Shown: piece by piece, positions 56,501 to 64,000 of the stretch | Numbering within the stretch: position 1 is the stretch's first letter | Layout of the letters: each line of letters opens with the position of its first letter | Assembly (NCBI GenBank): GCA_035221665.1 | Contig: CM069150.1 | Span: 28,954,001 to 29,018,000, forward strand | Source of the DNA: Okamejei kenojei | Lineage: Eukaryota | Reading direction: 5' to 3' | Length of the DNA: 64,000 bases | Translations under genes and position numbers: made by a program | The notes under the pieces: generated by a model | What the model saw: only the letters and a program-made list of their open reading frames with translations | Databases searched by the model: none | Told to the model about the DNA's origin: nothing

Positions 56501-57278
56501 TTCTATTTTCTACTTTCTATCTCTATCTTTCTATCTTTAAATAGGGAAAAAAAGTATAGAAACATATTACATATATTCTTAATATTAGTATGAATACACC
56601 TATTATTAGTTGTATGAAAATATTATAGATGTCTTAAATTTGTAATTATATAAAATTGTGCATTTTCAACTATATAATAATTTTGAAATATAAAGTTAAT
56701 AATAATACAAACACTCTTTATATCATGAATATCATAGAAGTTTGGTTAAGATTGGGTATTATGTAGTTATATTAGGGGGGATTTGTATTTGGTAATTAGA
56801 AGAAATATGTGTGGTATGAGAAGTGTGAGTATATTGCTTATTTTAGGAATATACTACATACACTCCCAATTATACAAAATAAATAACCAGGAAATGTATA
56901 ATGGATAATATTACAATTAACACAAACAGTATCAATTGATAATCAATATTATATAATTTTGTATATTATATAATTTTCAATGCCGTATAAGAGTGTACTC
57001 TGTATATATTGTTTCTATAATAAAAAAATAAAATAAAAAAATAAAAAAAAACAAAATTGAGAAATGATCACAGTACTTTCCTTGTCTTTCGATACCACCA
57101 CCAGTTACTTCAGCTCAACATATATGGACTTTATCTATTGAGTATGTAATTATGTATATAAATGGGTCGATATATCTCTCATGTTTACTGCTCTTTATTT
57201 TCACTGTACTTACAATTTAATGATTTGATGCAGGATAAATCACCTGAAGTGCCTGTGAAACGTTCGACAGCTGTCTGA
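1961..57278 (+). CDS. Spliced gene span (20 coding exons, 5'-incomplete): PLEKHG4B/puratrophin-1-like (possibly quattro-type) Rho guanine nucleotide exchange factor with Sec14-like, spectrin-like, DH and PH domains
   Basis: Exons below join in frame through canonical GT-AG introns (3656 nt = 2 + 1218 codons including TGA). DH motifs [49 protein letters not shown] and PH motifs [18 protein letters not shown] are characteristic of the PLEKHG4/4B family. Exact paralogue not resolved. Confidence 0.92.
2780..3180 (-). mobile_element. CR1-type LINE 3' fragments
   Basis: Similar by eye to the 3' ends of the CR1 copies at 40940 and 58152; (agtcacag/agtcatag)-type tail. Confidence 0.6.
3567..3690 (+). 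CDS. RhoGEF exon 2 ([14 protein letters not shown]...[10 protein letters not shown])
   Basis: Acceptor ttccag, donor AG|gtgac; GxRDxxGR Sec14-like motif; phase 1/2. Confidence 0.9.
5096..5189 (+). CDS. RhoGEF exon 3 ([16 protein letters not shown]...GLLQ)
   Basis: Acceptor catag, donor CAG|gtgagc; GLTIVVDAR Sec14-like motif; phase 2/0. Confidence 0.9.
6226..7680 (-). mobile_element. Penelope-like element fragments (GIY-YIG endonuclease region plus pLTR)
   Basis: Minus-strand translation [24 protein letters not shown]...ETK and EEQHLIF.LGSLHP.G; terminal pLTR with a degenerate hammerhead-like core near 6293-6320. Confidence 0.8.
8043..8129 (+). CDS. RhoGEF exon 4 ([17 protein letters not shown]...PGIS)
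   Basis: Acceptor ttcactttgcag, donor gtaagt; phase 0/0. Confidence 0.85.
8340..8995 (+). mobile_element. Old DeuSINE/SacSINE1-like remnants
   Basis: tRNA-like head followed by gcacaaaaatcaaggcagac and Deu-domain-like segments; highly diverged, recognised from memory of the consensus. Confidence 0.35.
9398..9679 (-). mobile_element. tRNA-derived HE1/V-SINE-type SINE
   Basis: Reverse complement begins ggcacggtggtgcagcggtagagttgctgcc (A box), has a B-box-like ttcgatcc and the V-domain gggttttctcc..ccggtttc; (tttag)n tail. Confidence 0.85.
10129..10245 (+). CDS. RhoGEF exon 5 ([39 protein letters not shown])
   Basis: Acceptor ttaaccag, donor gtgagt; QLTxxLxGTFPYxHxxW motif at end of Sec14-like domain. 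Confidence 0.92.
11469..11560 (-). mobile_element. Penelope pLTR fragment with degenerate hammerhead core
   Basis: agacacaaaatgctggagtaactcagcggg...tttcaggtcgagatccttcttca. Confidence 0.7.
11794..12830 (+). mobile_element. 5'-truncated Penelope-like element with short inverted pLTR piece at its 5' end
   Basis: GIY-YIG remnants ([24 protein letters not shown]) followed by pLTR ending ...ccagcatctgcagttcct; 11794-11852 is an inverted copy of pLTR sequence. Confidence 0.75.
14873..15000 (+). mobile_element. Penelope pLTR 3' fragment with target-site duplication
   Basis: ggggtctcaacccgaaac...catctgcagttccttcctacaca flanked by caacaacaa (14864-14872 / 15001-15009). Confidence 0.75.
16250..16516 (+). 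mobile_element. HE1/V-SINE-type SINE
   Basis: A box ggtgcagcggcagag, B box ggttcgatcc, V-domain, 3' end gcctgtttccacgctgtatctctaaa. Confidence 0.85.
17075..17365 (-). mobile_element. HE1/V-SINE-type SINE
   Basis: (tttag)n tail; same body as 9398-9679. Confidence 0.85.
17548..17646 (+). CDS. RhoGEF exon 6 ([12 protein letters not shown]...NNAQ)
   Basis: Acceptor gtttcag, donor CAG|gtacgt; phase 0/0. Confidence 0.85.
18845..19057 (+). mobile_element. 5'-truncated HE1/V-SINE-type SINE
   Basis: gtgggttttc...cccacacttcaaagacgtacaggtttgtaggttaattgg...gcctgtttccgcagtgtatc. Confidence 0.8.
19132..19280 (+). CDS. RhoGEF exon 7 ([10 protein letters not shown]...[16 protein letters not shown]...DYR)
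   Basis: Acceptor tttgaag, donor AG|gtggg; [12 protein letters not shown] family motif; phase 0/2. Confidence 0.9.
20635..21820 (-). mobile_element. Nested CR1 LINE 3' fragments (a younger copy at ~20830-21512 inside an older one)
   Basis: Minus-strand ORFs [10 protein letters not shown] and [14 protein letters not shown]; same family as the 24801 element. Confidence 0.75.
21978..22116 (+). CDS. RhoGEF exon 8 ([18 protein letters not shown]...KFKQ)
   Basis: Acceptor tttgcag, donor CAG|gttgg; spectrin-like helical sequence; phase 2/0. Confidence 0.9.
22730..23065 (+). mobile_element. CR1 LINE 3' fragment
   Basis: Encodes ...[24 protein letters not shown]; 3'UTR with gggctgaatggcc hairpin. 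Confidence 0.75.
23427..23549 (+). CDS. RhoGEF exon 9 ([13 protein letters not shown]...GDSL...ILAT)
   Basis: Acceptor cttcag, donor gtaagt; spectrin-repeat Trp and GDSL motif; phase 0/0. Confidence 0.85.
23735..24340 (-). mobile_element. Old CR1/L2-like LINE fragment
   Basis: Degenerate chondrichthyan LINE 3' end (ggcaagg..atttattg..catcc) and RT C-terminal-like remnants. Confidence 0.4.
24801..27273 (-). mobile_element. Young 5'-truncated CR1 LINE with intact RT ORF, interrupted at 26207-26990 by an inverted copy of its own 3' end
   Basis: 427-aa RT ORF 24897-26180 ([27 protein letters not shown]); upstream ORF2 part 26991-27273 ([19 protein letters not shown]) joins in frame at GNY/RPVSL; (agaaacat)n tail; 7-bp TSD agaagat at 24794-24800 and 27274-27280. 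Confidence 0.93.
26207..26990 (+). mobile_element. 5'-truncated CR1 copy nested in the same-family element in opposite orientation
   Basis: ORF 26251-26787 has the same protein sequence as the outer copy's C terminus up to a 2-nt deletion; (tttctatg)n tail; tgtaa duplicated at 26204-26208 and 26990-26994. Confidence 0.92.
27535..27726 (+). CDS. RhoGEF exon 10 ([13 protein letters not shown]...LYNYCDK)
   Basis: Tandem CAGCAG acceptor (start 27535 or 27538), donor AAG|gtttgt; phase 0/0. Confidence 0.82.
29344..30158 (+). CDS. RhoGEF exon 11, 815 nt ([12 protein letters not shown]...[15 protein letters not shown]...ENS)
   Basis: Acceptor ttttgttag, 269-aa ORF in track, donor TG|gtaata; phase 0/2 matches next exon. 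Confidence 0.82.
30905..31130 (-). mobile_element. LINE 3'UTR fragment (Rex1/L2-like)
   Basis: (gttca)n tail plus tttattgtcatgtgtactgaggtacagtgaaaa, shared with 35780 and 53870. Confidence 0.55.
32087..32339 (+). CDS. RhoGEF exon 12, DH domain start ([18 protein letters not shown]...CFLRH)
   Basis: Acceptor ttctaag, donor gtgaga; DH conserved region 1 (TEREYV). Confidence 0.95.
32430..32997 (+). mobile_element. CR1 LINE 3' fragment
   Basis: [32 protein letters not shown]; (gttctat)n tail. Confidence 0.8.
33835..33924 (+). CDS. RhoGEF exon 13, DH ([30 protein letters not shown])
   Basis: Acceptor ttattttag, donor gtatgt; translated by hand. Confidence 0.95.
34418..34445 (-). ncRNA. Minimal type I hammerhead-ribozyme-like core (opposite strand)
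   Basis: Reverse complement CUGAAGA-A-GGGU[CUUG]ACCC-GAAACGUC. Confidence 0.55.
34447..34474 (+). ncRNA. Minimal type I hammerhead-ribozyme-like core (Penelope-type)
   Basis: CUGAAGA-A-GGGU[CUCG]ACCC-GAAACGUC; palindromic ACGU stem III implies dimeric folding; stem I weak. Confidence 0.55.
34812..36215 (-). mobile_element. Rex1/Babar-type LINE RT fragments
   Basis: [11 protein letters not shown] by hand translation; [40 protein letters not shown] in ORF 35022-35534; second fragment near 35990-36215. Confidence 0.8.
36222..36480 (+). mobile_element. Penelope GIY-YIG fragment
   Basis: [13 protein letters not shown]...[36 protein letters not shown]. Confidence 0.8.
37555..38255 (-). mobile_element. 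Penelope GIY-YIG fragment
   Basis: [57 protein letters not shown]. Confidence 0.85.
38551..38775 (+). CDS. RhoGEF exon 14, DH end ([26 protein letters not shown]...QECD)
   Basis: Acceptor gacacag, donor gtaagt; DH conserved region 3 (LLKPIQR). Confidence 0.95.
39460..39622. mobile_element. Degenerate palindromic Penelope-pLTR mini-element lacking the hammerhead centre
   Basis: atagacacagaatgctggagtaa...ggtcatgcagcat mirrored by atgctgcatgacc...ttactccagca.tttgtctat. Confidence 0.65.
39691..40124. repeat. Two-copy tandem duplication, ~215-bp unit
   Basis: 39691-39904 and 39905-40124 align throughout (e.g. cctttctctttaaggagaaatctgaaggctg in both). Confidence 0.9.
40554..40724 (+). CDS. RhoGEF exon 15, PH domain ([15 protein letters not shown]...YKQSFK)
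   Basis: Acceptor cctag, donor AAG|gtaaag; [14 protein letters not shown] motif; translated by hand. Confidence 0.95.
40940..45317 (-). mobile_element. Probably full-length, frameshifted CR1 LINE (5'UTR, ORF1 Zn-finger/leucine zipper/SGNH esterase, ORF2 APE + RT)
   Basis: ORF1 44149-44880 (CxxC..CxxC, GNSIVRG, VHIGTND); APE 43295-43756 and 42727-43389 ([20 protein letters not shown]); RT 41430-42704 (YADD); (aaccatat)n tail; candidate TSD agaaca at 40934-40939 and 45318-45323. Confidence 0.9.
46130..46307 (+). CDS. RhoGEF exon 16, PH end ([11 protein letters not shown]...RFEIWFRR...QALKNR)
   Basis: Acceptor aattcag, donor G|gtcagt; PH C-terminal helix Trp (KQAW). Confidence 0.95.
47105..47560 (-). 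mobile_element. CR1 3' fragments
   Basis: Same 3' end pattern as other CR1 copies; ..[12 protein letters not shown].. degenerate RT C terminus. Confidence 0.65.
48711..49403. repeat. Two spaced direct copies of a 151-bp hairpin-rich unit (48711-48861; 49253-49403)
   Basis: Direct alignment shows about 6 substitutions; the intervening ~390 bp is unrelated. Confidence 0.92.
49467..49583 (+). CDS. RhoGEF exon 17 ([30 protein letters not shown]...)
   Basis: Acceptor ctttag, donor G|gtatga; [11 protein letters not shown] family motif; phase 1/1. Confidence 0.92.
50410..50506 (+). mobile_element. LINE 3' end with (ATT)n microsatellite tail
   Basis: aaatctcgttgtacc...gcaatgacaataaa followed by (tat)n. 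Confidence 0.6.
51077..51298 (+). CDS. RhoGEF exon 18, Ser-rich ([27 protein letters not shown]...PFM)
   Basis: Acceptor ttacag, donor A|gtgagt; phase 1/1. Confidence 0.8.
51481..51803 (+). mobile_element. Penelope pLTR element with degenerate hammerhead core, inserted in an old SINE
   Basis: 13-bp TSD acactaattctat (51468-51480 / 51804-51816); ctgaagaagagtctcgacccaaaacgtc near 51710. Confidence 0.8.
52586..52832. mobile_element. Palindromic Penelope-pLTR mini-element with back-to-back and tandem hammerhead-like cores
   Basis: Symmetry centre cttcttc-a-gaagaag at 52714; extra gggtctcgaccc copy at ~52748; TSD tgattca at 52579-52585 / 52833-52839. Confidence 0.8.
53352..53569 (+). CDS. RhoGEF exon 19 ([22 protein letters not shown]...NLIKK)
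   Basis: Acceptor tccacag, donor AAG|gtatgt; ETSSQC motif resembles the puratrophin tail; phase 1/0. Confidence 0.8.
53870..54372 (-). mobile_element. LINE 3'UTR-derived repeat, CpG-rich inner part
   Basis: (caagatt)n tail, tttaattgtcacatgtacc...ggtacagtgaaa motif. Confidence 0.55.
56356..57048 (+). mobile_element. 5'-truncated poly(A) retro-insertion (probably L1-clade 3'UTR)
   Basis: 13-bp TSD aaacaaaattgag (56343-56355 / 57049-57061); AATAAA signals and A-rich tail; very AT-rich body. Confidence 0.8.
57234..57278 (+). CDS. RhoGEF last coding exon ([14 protein letters not shown]), class I PDZ-binding-type C terminus
   Basis: Acceptor gatgcag after T-rich tract, phase 0, TGA at 57276-57278, strong donor gtaagt at 57299. 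Confidence 0.65.
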   Translation, partial: DKSPEVPVKRSTAV

Positions 57279-58151
57279 TGCTGTGAAACACCACTTTGGT
57301 AAGTACTTCCATCTGCCACCAGATTCAATGTCACGGAAGCACTTTGACTTTCACTCTACTCCTGGGAGGCAGAGGTTGATTTGGCAAGTAGCAAGTTGTA
57401 GCATTTGGCCATGGAGTGGGCATTTGCAGTTGCAATCTTAAGGTGGAGAAGATTGTGGTCATCGTTAAGGGCTTGCAAAAGAATTAAAGGGTAAGTCCAA
57501 GCCAGCCTATTTAGTATTGCACTTGATCTAACAAATAGTAATGAGGCCGGCCTCATATTCATTGTAAAGCTATCTTCAGCATTAATAAGCTTGGCCACTC
57601 CCAAGATATGCTTTCACTGCTGGATTTTGTGTAAGTGGCATCTAAACACGATCCACGAACACCATTGGATGTCTGGAACCCTCTAGACCCAGGTGCACCA
57701 TATACATGGAGGTCCTGGAAGCAATTTAACATTGCTCAGAACCAAACTGAACTAACCAGTCATTGGTGGAGAATAGTTCTCAGGCACAATTACGTGGTGC
57801 AGTGCATGCATTCATTAAAAAGGTGTGGATTTACTCAGTGACATGGTCTGGTATGCACTACTGCAAATGGGAGATTCTCAAAACAATGTTGGTAAGTAAA
57901 GTAGATTTAAACTAGCATCACCATTATTTTCATGATAAAGAGGAAGTCAGGGGAAATTGTAATAAGTCTCTTTCTCAATGAGCAAACACAGGAATGGTGG
58001 CCTGCTTCTTTGTTGCATAACTTCATGATTCTCTCTTCAAATCATAGAATCTACTTGTTTATCCAAGTGCAAGCCTATTGGGGGGAGGGGTGGGGGAGCT
58101 GAACCAGACCTGAATGTACATTTTGAGACGCTGCAAGTCTTACTTGGTGAA

Positions 58152-58943
58152 GTCATAGAGTCATAGAGTGATACACCGTGGAAACGGACCCTTCGGCCTA
58201 ACTTGCTCACACCGGCCAACATGTCCCAGCTACATTATTCCCATCTGCCCGCGTTTGGACCATATCCCTCCAAGCCTGTCTTATCCATGTCCCTATCTAA
58301 CTGTTTCTTAAATGTTGGGATAGTCCCGGCCTCAACTATCTCCTCTGGCAGCTTCTTCCATACACCCATTACCCTTTGGGTGAAAAAGTTACCCCTCAAG
58401 TTCCTATTAAATCTTTTCCCCTTCACATTAAACCTACATCCACTGGTCCTCGATTCACCTATTCTGGTCATGAGAATCTGTGCATCTTCCGGATCTAAGC
58501 CTCTCATGATTTTATACACCTTAATAAGATCACCCCTCATGCTCCTGCGCTCCAAGGATTAGAGTCCCAGCCTACTCCCTATTGCTCAGACCCTCTAGCC
58601 CTGGCAGCATCCTTGTAAATCTTCTCTGTACCCTTTCTGGCTTGACAACATCTTTCCTCTAACATGGTGCCCAGAGCTGAACACAATAGTATAAATGCGG
58701 CTCACCAATGTCTTATACAACTGCAACATGACCTCTCAACTACTATACTCAATATTCTGACAGATGAAGGCCAATGTGCCCAAACATTAACCACCCTATC
58801 TACCTGCGATTCTACCTTCAAAGAACCATGCACCTGCACTGCTAGATCCCTCAACTCTACACATCCCCCAGAGCCCTACCATTCACTGTGTAGGTCCTGC
58901 CAATGTTAGACTTCACGAAATGCAACACCTCACATTTCTCTGT
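58152..58943 (-). mobile_element. CR1 LINE 3' fragment
   Basis: ORF 58235-58555 RGDLIKVYKIMRGLD...RGNFFTQRV; (agtcatag)n tail. Confidence 0.85.
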
Positions 58944-59196
58944 AACACTAATTCTTTGGCTCGCACTGTTCTCAGACACTCTGCCTGGTGACAAGATTTG
59001 GTAATTTAAGGTCCACATTTACCAAATATCTATAGAGGGTGGTAATCTTATCTATCTGTTCAAGGGGCAGCTCGTGCACCACATTATGTTAGGAATACTC
59101 CGTTCCTTTAACCGGGAGGTTTGTGGTGAATTCTGCATCGAATAGGATTCATGAAAGAAAGCTGTAACATGTAATTTTAATTCTGTGATTTACCAG

Positions 59197-59900
59197 GTCT
59201 GCAAATCGATGAATTCCTGGTGGAAGATTGGAATCCGAACTGCTGCTGAGCTCTAAGATTTAATTCCAGTTAAGAGTTGCAGTGAGTGAACAGATTTGTG
59301 AAAGATTGCGTGCCTTCTGAGATTTCTTCTGACAGATTGTGACTTTCATTTTCAGTGAAACAGATGCTGGAGCATAGCAGCATTCTACGAAAAATGACCT
59401 AATTATTCTTGGAACTGGCCACATGAGTCAGGTGGTTGGTCGTGACATAACCCATGGACGCAGTACATTTTAAGTCACTATAATGGAGATAGGACGTACT
59501 TCTTTTTGGCCTATGCTTTTACATTTCTTCCAGGATGCATGGACCAGTAACATCCAGCTATATTTTTGATCCCTAACCCTGTAACGTTTGGAATGGCAAG
59601 CTAAAAAACCCCCCAAAAAAATCCATTTACTGCAGGATGGAATATCAACTAAGAAAACCTGATTTAAGAAAACAGCACAAAGAGGTCTAAAGGGGAAGGG
59701 CAATATAAATATAATCTTTTCATCTAATTATTAATTCATAAATATATTTTAATATGTATCTTAAAGGCCTATTGATATAACATTGTATATTGTATTGTCC
59801 TCTTTTGCACACCTTTTAGCTTTAATTACAACACGGTTATGAAATCTGGAGAAAAGTCAGTTATAATACTTTTATATTTTTACAATATTAAAATAGCCAT
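59197..59900 (+). other. Putative non-coding terminal (3'UTR) exon of the RhoGEF gene; 3' boundary uncertain
   Basis: Acceptor-like ttaattctgtgatttaccag ending 59196; repeat-poor AT-rich sequence with ATTAAA at 59887 and AATAAA at 60680. Confidence 0.35.
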
Positions 59901-61489
59901 TGCTTTTCTTGATGCTAATCATTTTTTGACCCTACTTTAATATAATTCTCAGATAACATTAGCTTTATATTCAATACTATCAAATTTATGTCCCATTCGT
60001 GTCAATGCCTAAATCAATCAACACAGAAGTAATGGATCTAAAGTTATTCTATTGCCTCCAAGGAATCACAGACCAGACAAGACATTGTTCAATAATTGTC
60101 AATGAATAGGCACTACACATTCAACCCAAGAGTATTGGTCAGTCAACTCACATTTTAACATCACTGAAAATACTTGCAAACTGTTTAAAAACTATACAAC
60201 ATAATTCAATTAATTGCCTGGGAATCTTTAGAGTTAGCTAAAACGTTGCAGCTAAACTCTGATGAATATATGTTCAAAGCAATCTCTGGGAGTTGCACTG
60301 CTGATTCCACCCCCCCACCCTCCCTAATATCAACAGGAATCTTCAAATTGGACATAATTGATCAGGGTATCACTTTGCTGTGTGTGGAGCACTGTAGCAA
60401 TCCTTGCAGTGCATTAAATTGCTGACAAAAGCGCCACATTAGGATCTTTATGAGTTGTACATTTGCATTATAGTCCATGCCCCAACATAAGGCAAGGATA
60501 TTAGAAGTGAAAAAAGTTTTAAAATTATTAGCTCCAGATCTTCATTGTGTGGTGCCTGCATTTTCCAGCTCCTACATTGATGGGCTTAGTAAATCACCTG
60601 TCGGAGATCTGTGGTGCTGAGAGAATAACCATTTTGGCAACCAGGCGCTCGATTACACCTGCAGCTAGAAGCAGTTCCCAATAAATATTAACGCATAACT
60701 TCTCTATTACTCTTGTTTCGGATTCTCACACCTCCACGAAGGTCGCTGTGCCCACGAGGTGTAGGAATTAAAATGTTGTATAATATTGAAGACATTGACA
60801 TATTTCTTGTAGCATTTTCTTTCTTTGTTCCCTGACTTTTACCACAAAGGTGGTGCAAAAAGAATGATTTTATACTCGACAACCGTGCGCTGCAGTTAAC
60901 ATGTAGAAGAAAATACCACCTTTAGTCGTTCCACGTGTGCTTCTTGGGTAAATTAGAATCAACATGTTAATAACTGCTGAATTTTCGGGAGTTACTGAGT
61001 AATTTCCATTCTCTCCATACTGTAACATTGTTGCTACGCAACTGAAGATGTATTAAAGGTTTGATTTGAACCATTTGATATCAGAAGCTGTGTCCCATTT
61101 GTGCTTCCCTTCTAAAATGAATCGTTTGCTTGCAAACTAGAAGACAGCAAACGTTATGAGTATTCATTGAGATTAATGGAACTGGAACATCAAATGGTCC
61201 CAGAGCTGTCTGCTTTCTTCAACACATTTGATGAAAATACATTTGAATTAAATTGAGTTTAGTAAATTACTGTGTTGAGGCAGGTGCCTCGGGAATATGT
61301 AAATATGTAAAAATGTTGTTTGTGGTGCAGGTGCTGCTTGGCAGACATGTGGTAATGGCCTAACGTGCTTTGGAAGTAATATGCCATCAATTTTGCTTTG
61401 AGAATTGAAGTGCTCAGCGGGCAGCAGAATGATGACCTAAAGAGGGGCAAGAATAGTCCTCCCAATATTCCTGGTTACACAGTTCCCAG

Positions 61490-61640
61490 GGCAGCACTGT
61501 GGTGTATCTAGTAGAACCACTGGCTCACAGCTCCTGTGACCTGGGTTCAATCTGGATCTCTGCTGCAGGCTGTGAGCAATTTACACATTTTCTCTGTGTC
61601 TTCCTGGGTTTCCTCCCCCAACATAAAGTCATGTGGGTTG
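61490..61640 (+). mobile_element. Degenerate HE1/V-SINE 5' part
   Basis: ggcagcactgtggtg...ctgggttcaatc, gggtttcctcc. Confidence 0.55.
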
Positions 61641-61959
61641 TGTGTCGTCAGGGAAGACATTGGGTTCAGCAGTGACCACACTGACACTTGTAGCAGGGTA
61701 AACTCACATATATTTTATTTATATTGGTAAGAAGGTCCAGGACTGGCAACTCAGTCCTGGTCTTCTTCCTGCAGTTCATCCTTGCTGCTCAGCTTTTGTT
61801 TTTAAACACTCAATGCCAGCTGTCTCTGGGTTATACGTCTTTGCCTGTGTGTGTGAGTGCAATCCCTCATTGTCCGTGGGCAGGTCGAGGCGCGGGCATC
61901 TCAGCCTTGCCCCAGTCACTCAGTCTTGGCCTCAGTAGAGGTCCTGGCTTTCTCGGGCT

Positions 61960-63636
61960 AAGAATTATGATAACATTACGGGAGGCATGGATAGGATAGA
62001 CTGTCAGACTTTTTTCTCAGGGTGGAAATAGCTTTAATGTTGAGGGGAAAAATTTAAAGGAGATGTGCGGGGTACGTTTGTCTCACAAAGAGTGTGAGTG
62101 CCTGGAATGTGCCACCAGAAGTGATGGTGGAGGCAGATACAATAGCGGTGTTTAAGAGTAGTTTATTTTTTTAATTTAATTTAATTTGAAAAAATATATT
62201 TTTATTAGAAGCAATGTACAGTAGTATAAACCGTAACGTATAACATCATACATTTCGTGTTCAACTTCTTGCTTTAAATTTAATAATGATTGAAAAATAA
62301 ATGAAGAAAGAGAAAGAGAGAAAAGAAAAGAGTAAGGAAAGTAGTGCTGTGTGAACCTCTGTGAGTTTGAACCTCCAGGAGATGACAATTGAAAGTTTGT
62401 GAAAATATAGAGAGAAAGAATCCATGAAGTTGTAAAAAAAAGGGAAAACAAAGAACAGGAAAACAAAAAGAAAAACAAAACAAGGAGGGGATATACCAAC
62501 TTCATATCTTTCCACACCCCTCACCCAGTTCAGAAACGGTTAATTTCCAGAGTTATGTTGCACCATATTATACTTGTAATAAATCGATAAAAGCAGACCA
62601 TATCTTTAAGAATTGCTCTGATTTTCCTGCTAGGATGAATCTCATATCTTCGAGATGTAACGTTTCAGACATGCTTGTGATCCAAATTTTAAGCGCTGGG
62701 GTGGGTGCATTTTTCTAAAATTTGAGTACAAGTTTTTTTGCCGTTATCAAGCCATAGTTAAGGAAACTACTTTGAAATGAAGTTAGCTCGGGGCAGGCTT
62801 CCGTTGTTCCGAAAATAATCAGTTCTATATTTGGGTCCAATTTTATTTAAAATAGTTTTGTTAATATTTCTTTCCAAAATTTTTGAAGTTTCATGCAGGA
62901 GACGAAGGAGTGTGCTGTAGTTGCTTCTTGAGATAAACATTTATCACAGATGGGGAAAACATTTGGAAACATTTTATTCAGTTTGGTTTTCGAGTAATAT
63001 AATCTATGCAAAATTTTAAATTGGATTAGGATCTGTCTTACATTAATCGAGCATGTATGTACATATAGCAGATATTTATCCCATCTATCTTTAGAAATTT
63101 TTATAGTAAGTTCATGTTCCCACTATCTTCTAATTGCATCTGAAGATGGTATTTCTATATTTAGAATGGTATTATACAAGTGTGATATTAAGTTATTTAC
63201 TTCAGCCTTTCTGTTCATACCTTCATCTAATATATCTGACGTCAGAGTTTGTGTATGTTTTTTCAAATAATCTTGAATTTGAAGATATCTAAATTAGTGA
63301 TTACTTTTCAAATTTTATTTGAGTTGTAATATTTGAAATGATAAAAGGTTTCCCATTTCATACATATCTCCAAACGTTTTAATTCCTATTCTTTCCCAGT
63401 GAGTAAATGTTTTATCAATAATAGATGGTTTAAACGACGGATTATTGGCTATAGGAAAGAGAAGAGATAGGTTTCTTAATTTAAGAGTAGATTTTATTTG
63501 TCTCCAAATTCGTAGTTTAAGAGTAGTTTAGAACGGCATGTGAACAAGTAGGGAATAATGGATTAACTTGACATCATGTTCAGCATAGACAACGTGGGCT
63601 GAAGGGCCTGTTCCTCTAATATACTGTTCTATGTTT
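61960..63636 (+). mobile_element. CR1 3' fragment split by the L1 insertion (61960-62165 and 63515-63636)
   Basis: KIMI.LR..DR / FKGDVRG / AWN motifs resume after the insert, ending in gggctgaagggcctgttcc...gttctatgtt. Confidence 0.7.
62166..63514 (-). mobile_element. 5'-truncated L1-clade LINE (ORF2 C terminus plus 3'UTR)
   Basis: Hand translation IQFKILHRLYYSKTKLNKMFP..PICDKC....TTAHSFVSC (CCHC knuckle); T-rich tail; 16-bp TSD gtttaagagtagttta at 62150-62165 / 63515-63530. Confidence 0.88.
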
Positions 63637-64000
63637 CATTTTTTCACTGGGTGGCTATCAGAATGAAATACGCAGAGGCTTTTGAGAAACTGTTTTGAGT
63701 CAAAAATATAGCAAGCCAAGCAAGAGAAGGAATGTGAATGGGGTTGGTATAGCAATTTTAGATTTAATTTAAAGAATAAAGCTGGGCTGGTAGAAGGCAT
63801 ATCAATGGGAGAGCACTTTTGTAGTGGTGATTATAATTCAGTCATGTTTAGTACAGTTATGGAAAAGGACAAATGTAAAATGAAAGTATAAGTTCTAATC
63901 TGGGGAGGGCAAGCTTTATTTGGCTGTGAAATAGTTTCGCAAAAGTGGATTGGAACCAGTAGCCTATTGGACAAAGCAAATCAATCTTGCAGCAATGGGA

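Noticed and set aside
60733-60765. CTCF-like words ccacgaaggtcgctg / cccacgaggtgtag
   Set aside because: Poor fit to the consensus spacing; cannot be supported without PWM scoring or ChIP
62176-62524. Three overlapping hydrophobic minus-strand ORFs
   Set aside because: Translation of the T-rich L1 3'UTR, not membrane proteins

Overview
Vertebrate genomic DNA, probably a cartilaginous fish (skate/ray), inferred from the repeat content: HE1/V-SINE-type SINEs, CR1, Rex1/Babar, Penelope and L1 elements. One + strand multi-exon gene spans almost the whole window. It encodes a Sec14-like / spectrin-like / DH / PH Rho guanine exchange factor of the PLEKHG4B-PLEKHG4 (puratrophin-1)-quattro/ARHGEF40 family. 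I traced 20 GT-AG coding exons from 1961 to the stop at 57278 (3656 nt, all phases consistent, about 1217 aa); the 5' end lies upstream of the window. The protein ends in a PDZ-type motif (STAV*), and a probable 3'UTR intron follows. The introns are dense with retroelements. Most notable: (1) a young CR1 LINE interrupted by a ~99% identical copy of its own 3' end in the opposite orientation, giving a ~780-bp-arm inverted repeat (24799-26990); (2) Penelope-derived mini-elements with minimal hammerhead-ribozyme cores, including a near-perfect 191-bp palindrome with back-to-back cores (34351-34541); (3) a probably full-length, decayed CR1 with an esterase-type ORF1 (40940-45317); (4) a twice-repeated 151-bp hairpin-rich intronic unit (48711-49403); (5) a Helitron-like 3' end. 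No prokaryotic-type systems, CRISPR arrays, rRNA or true tRNA genes were seen. All calls were made by eye; no searches were run.
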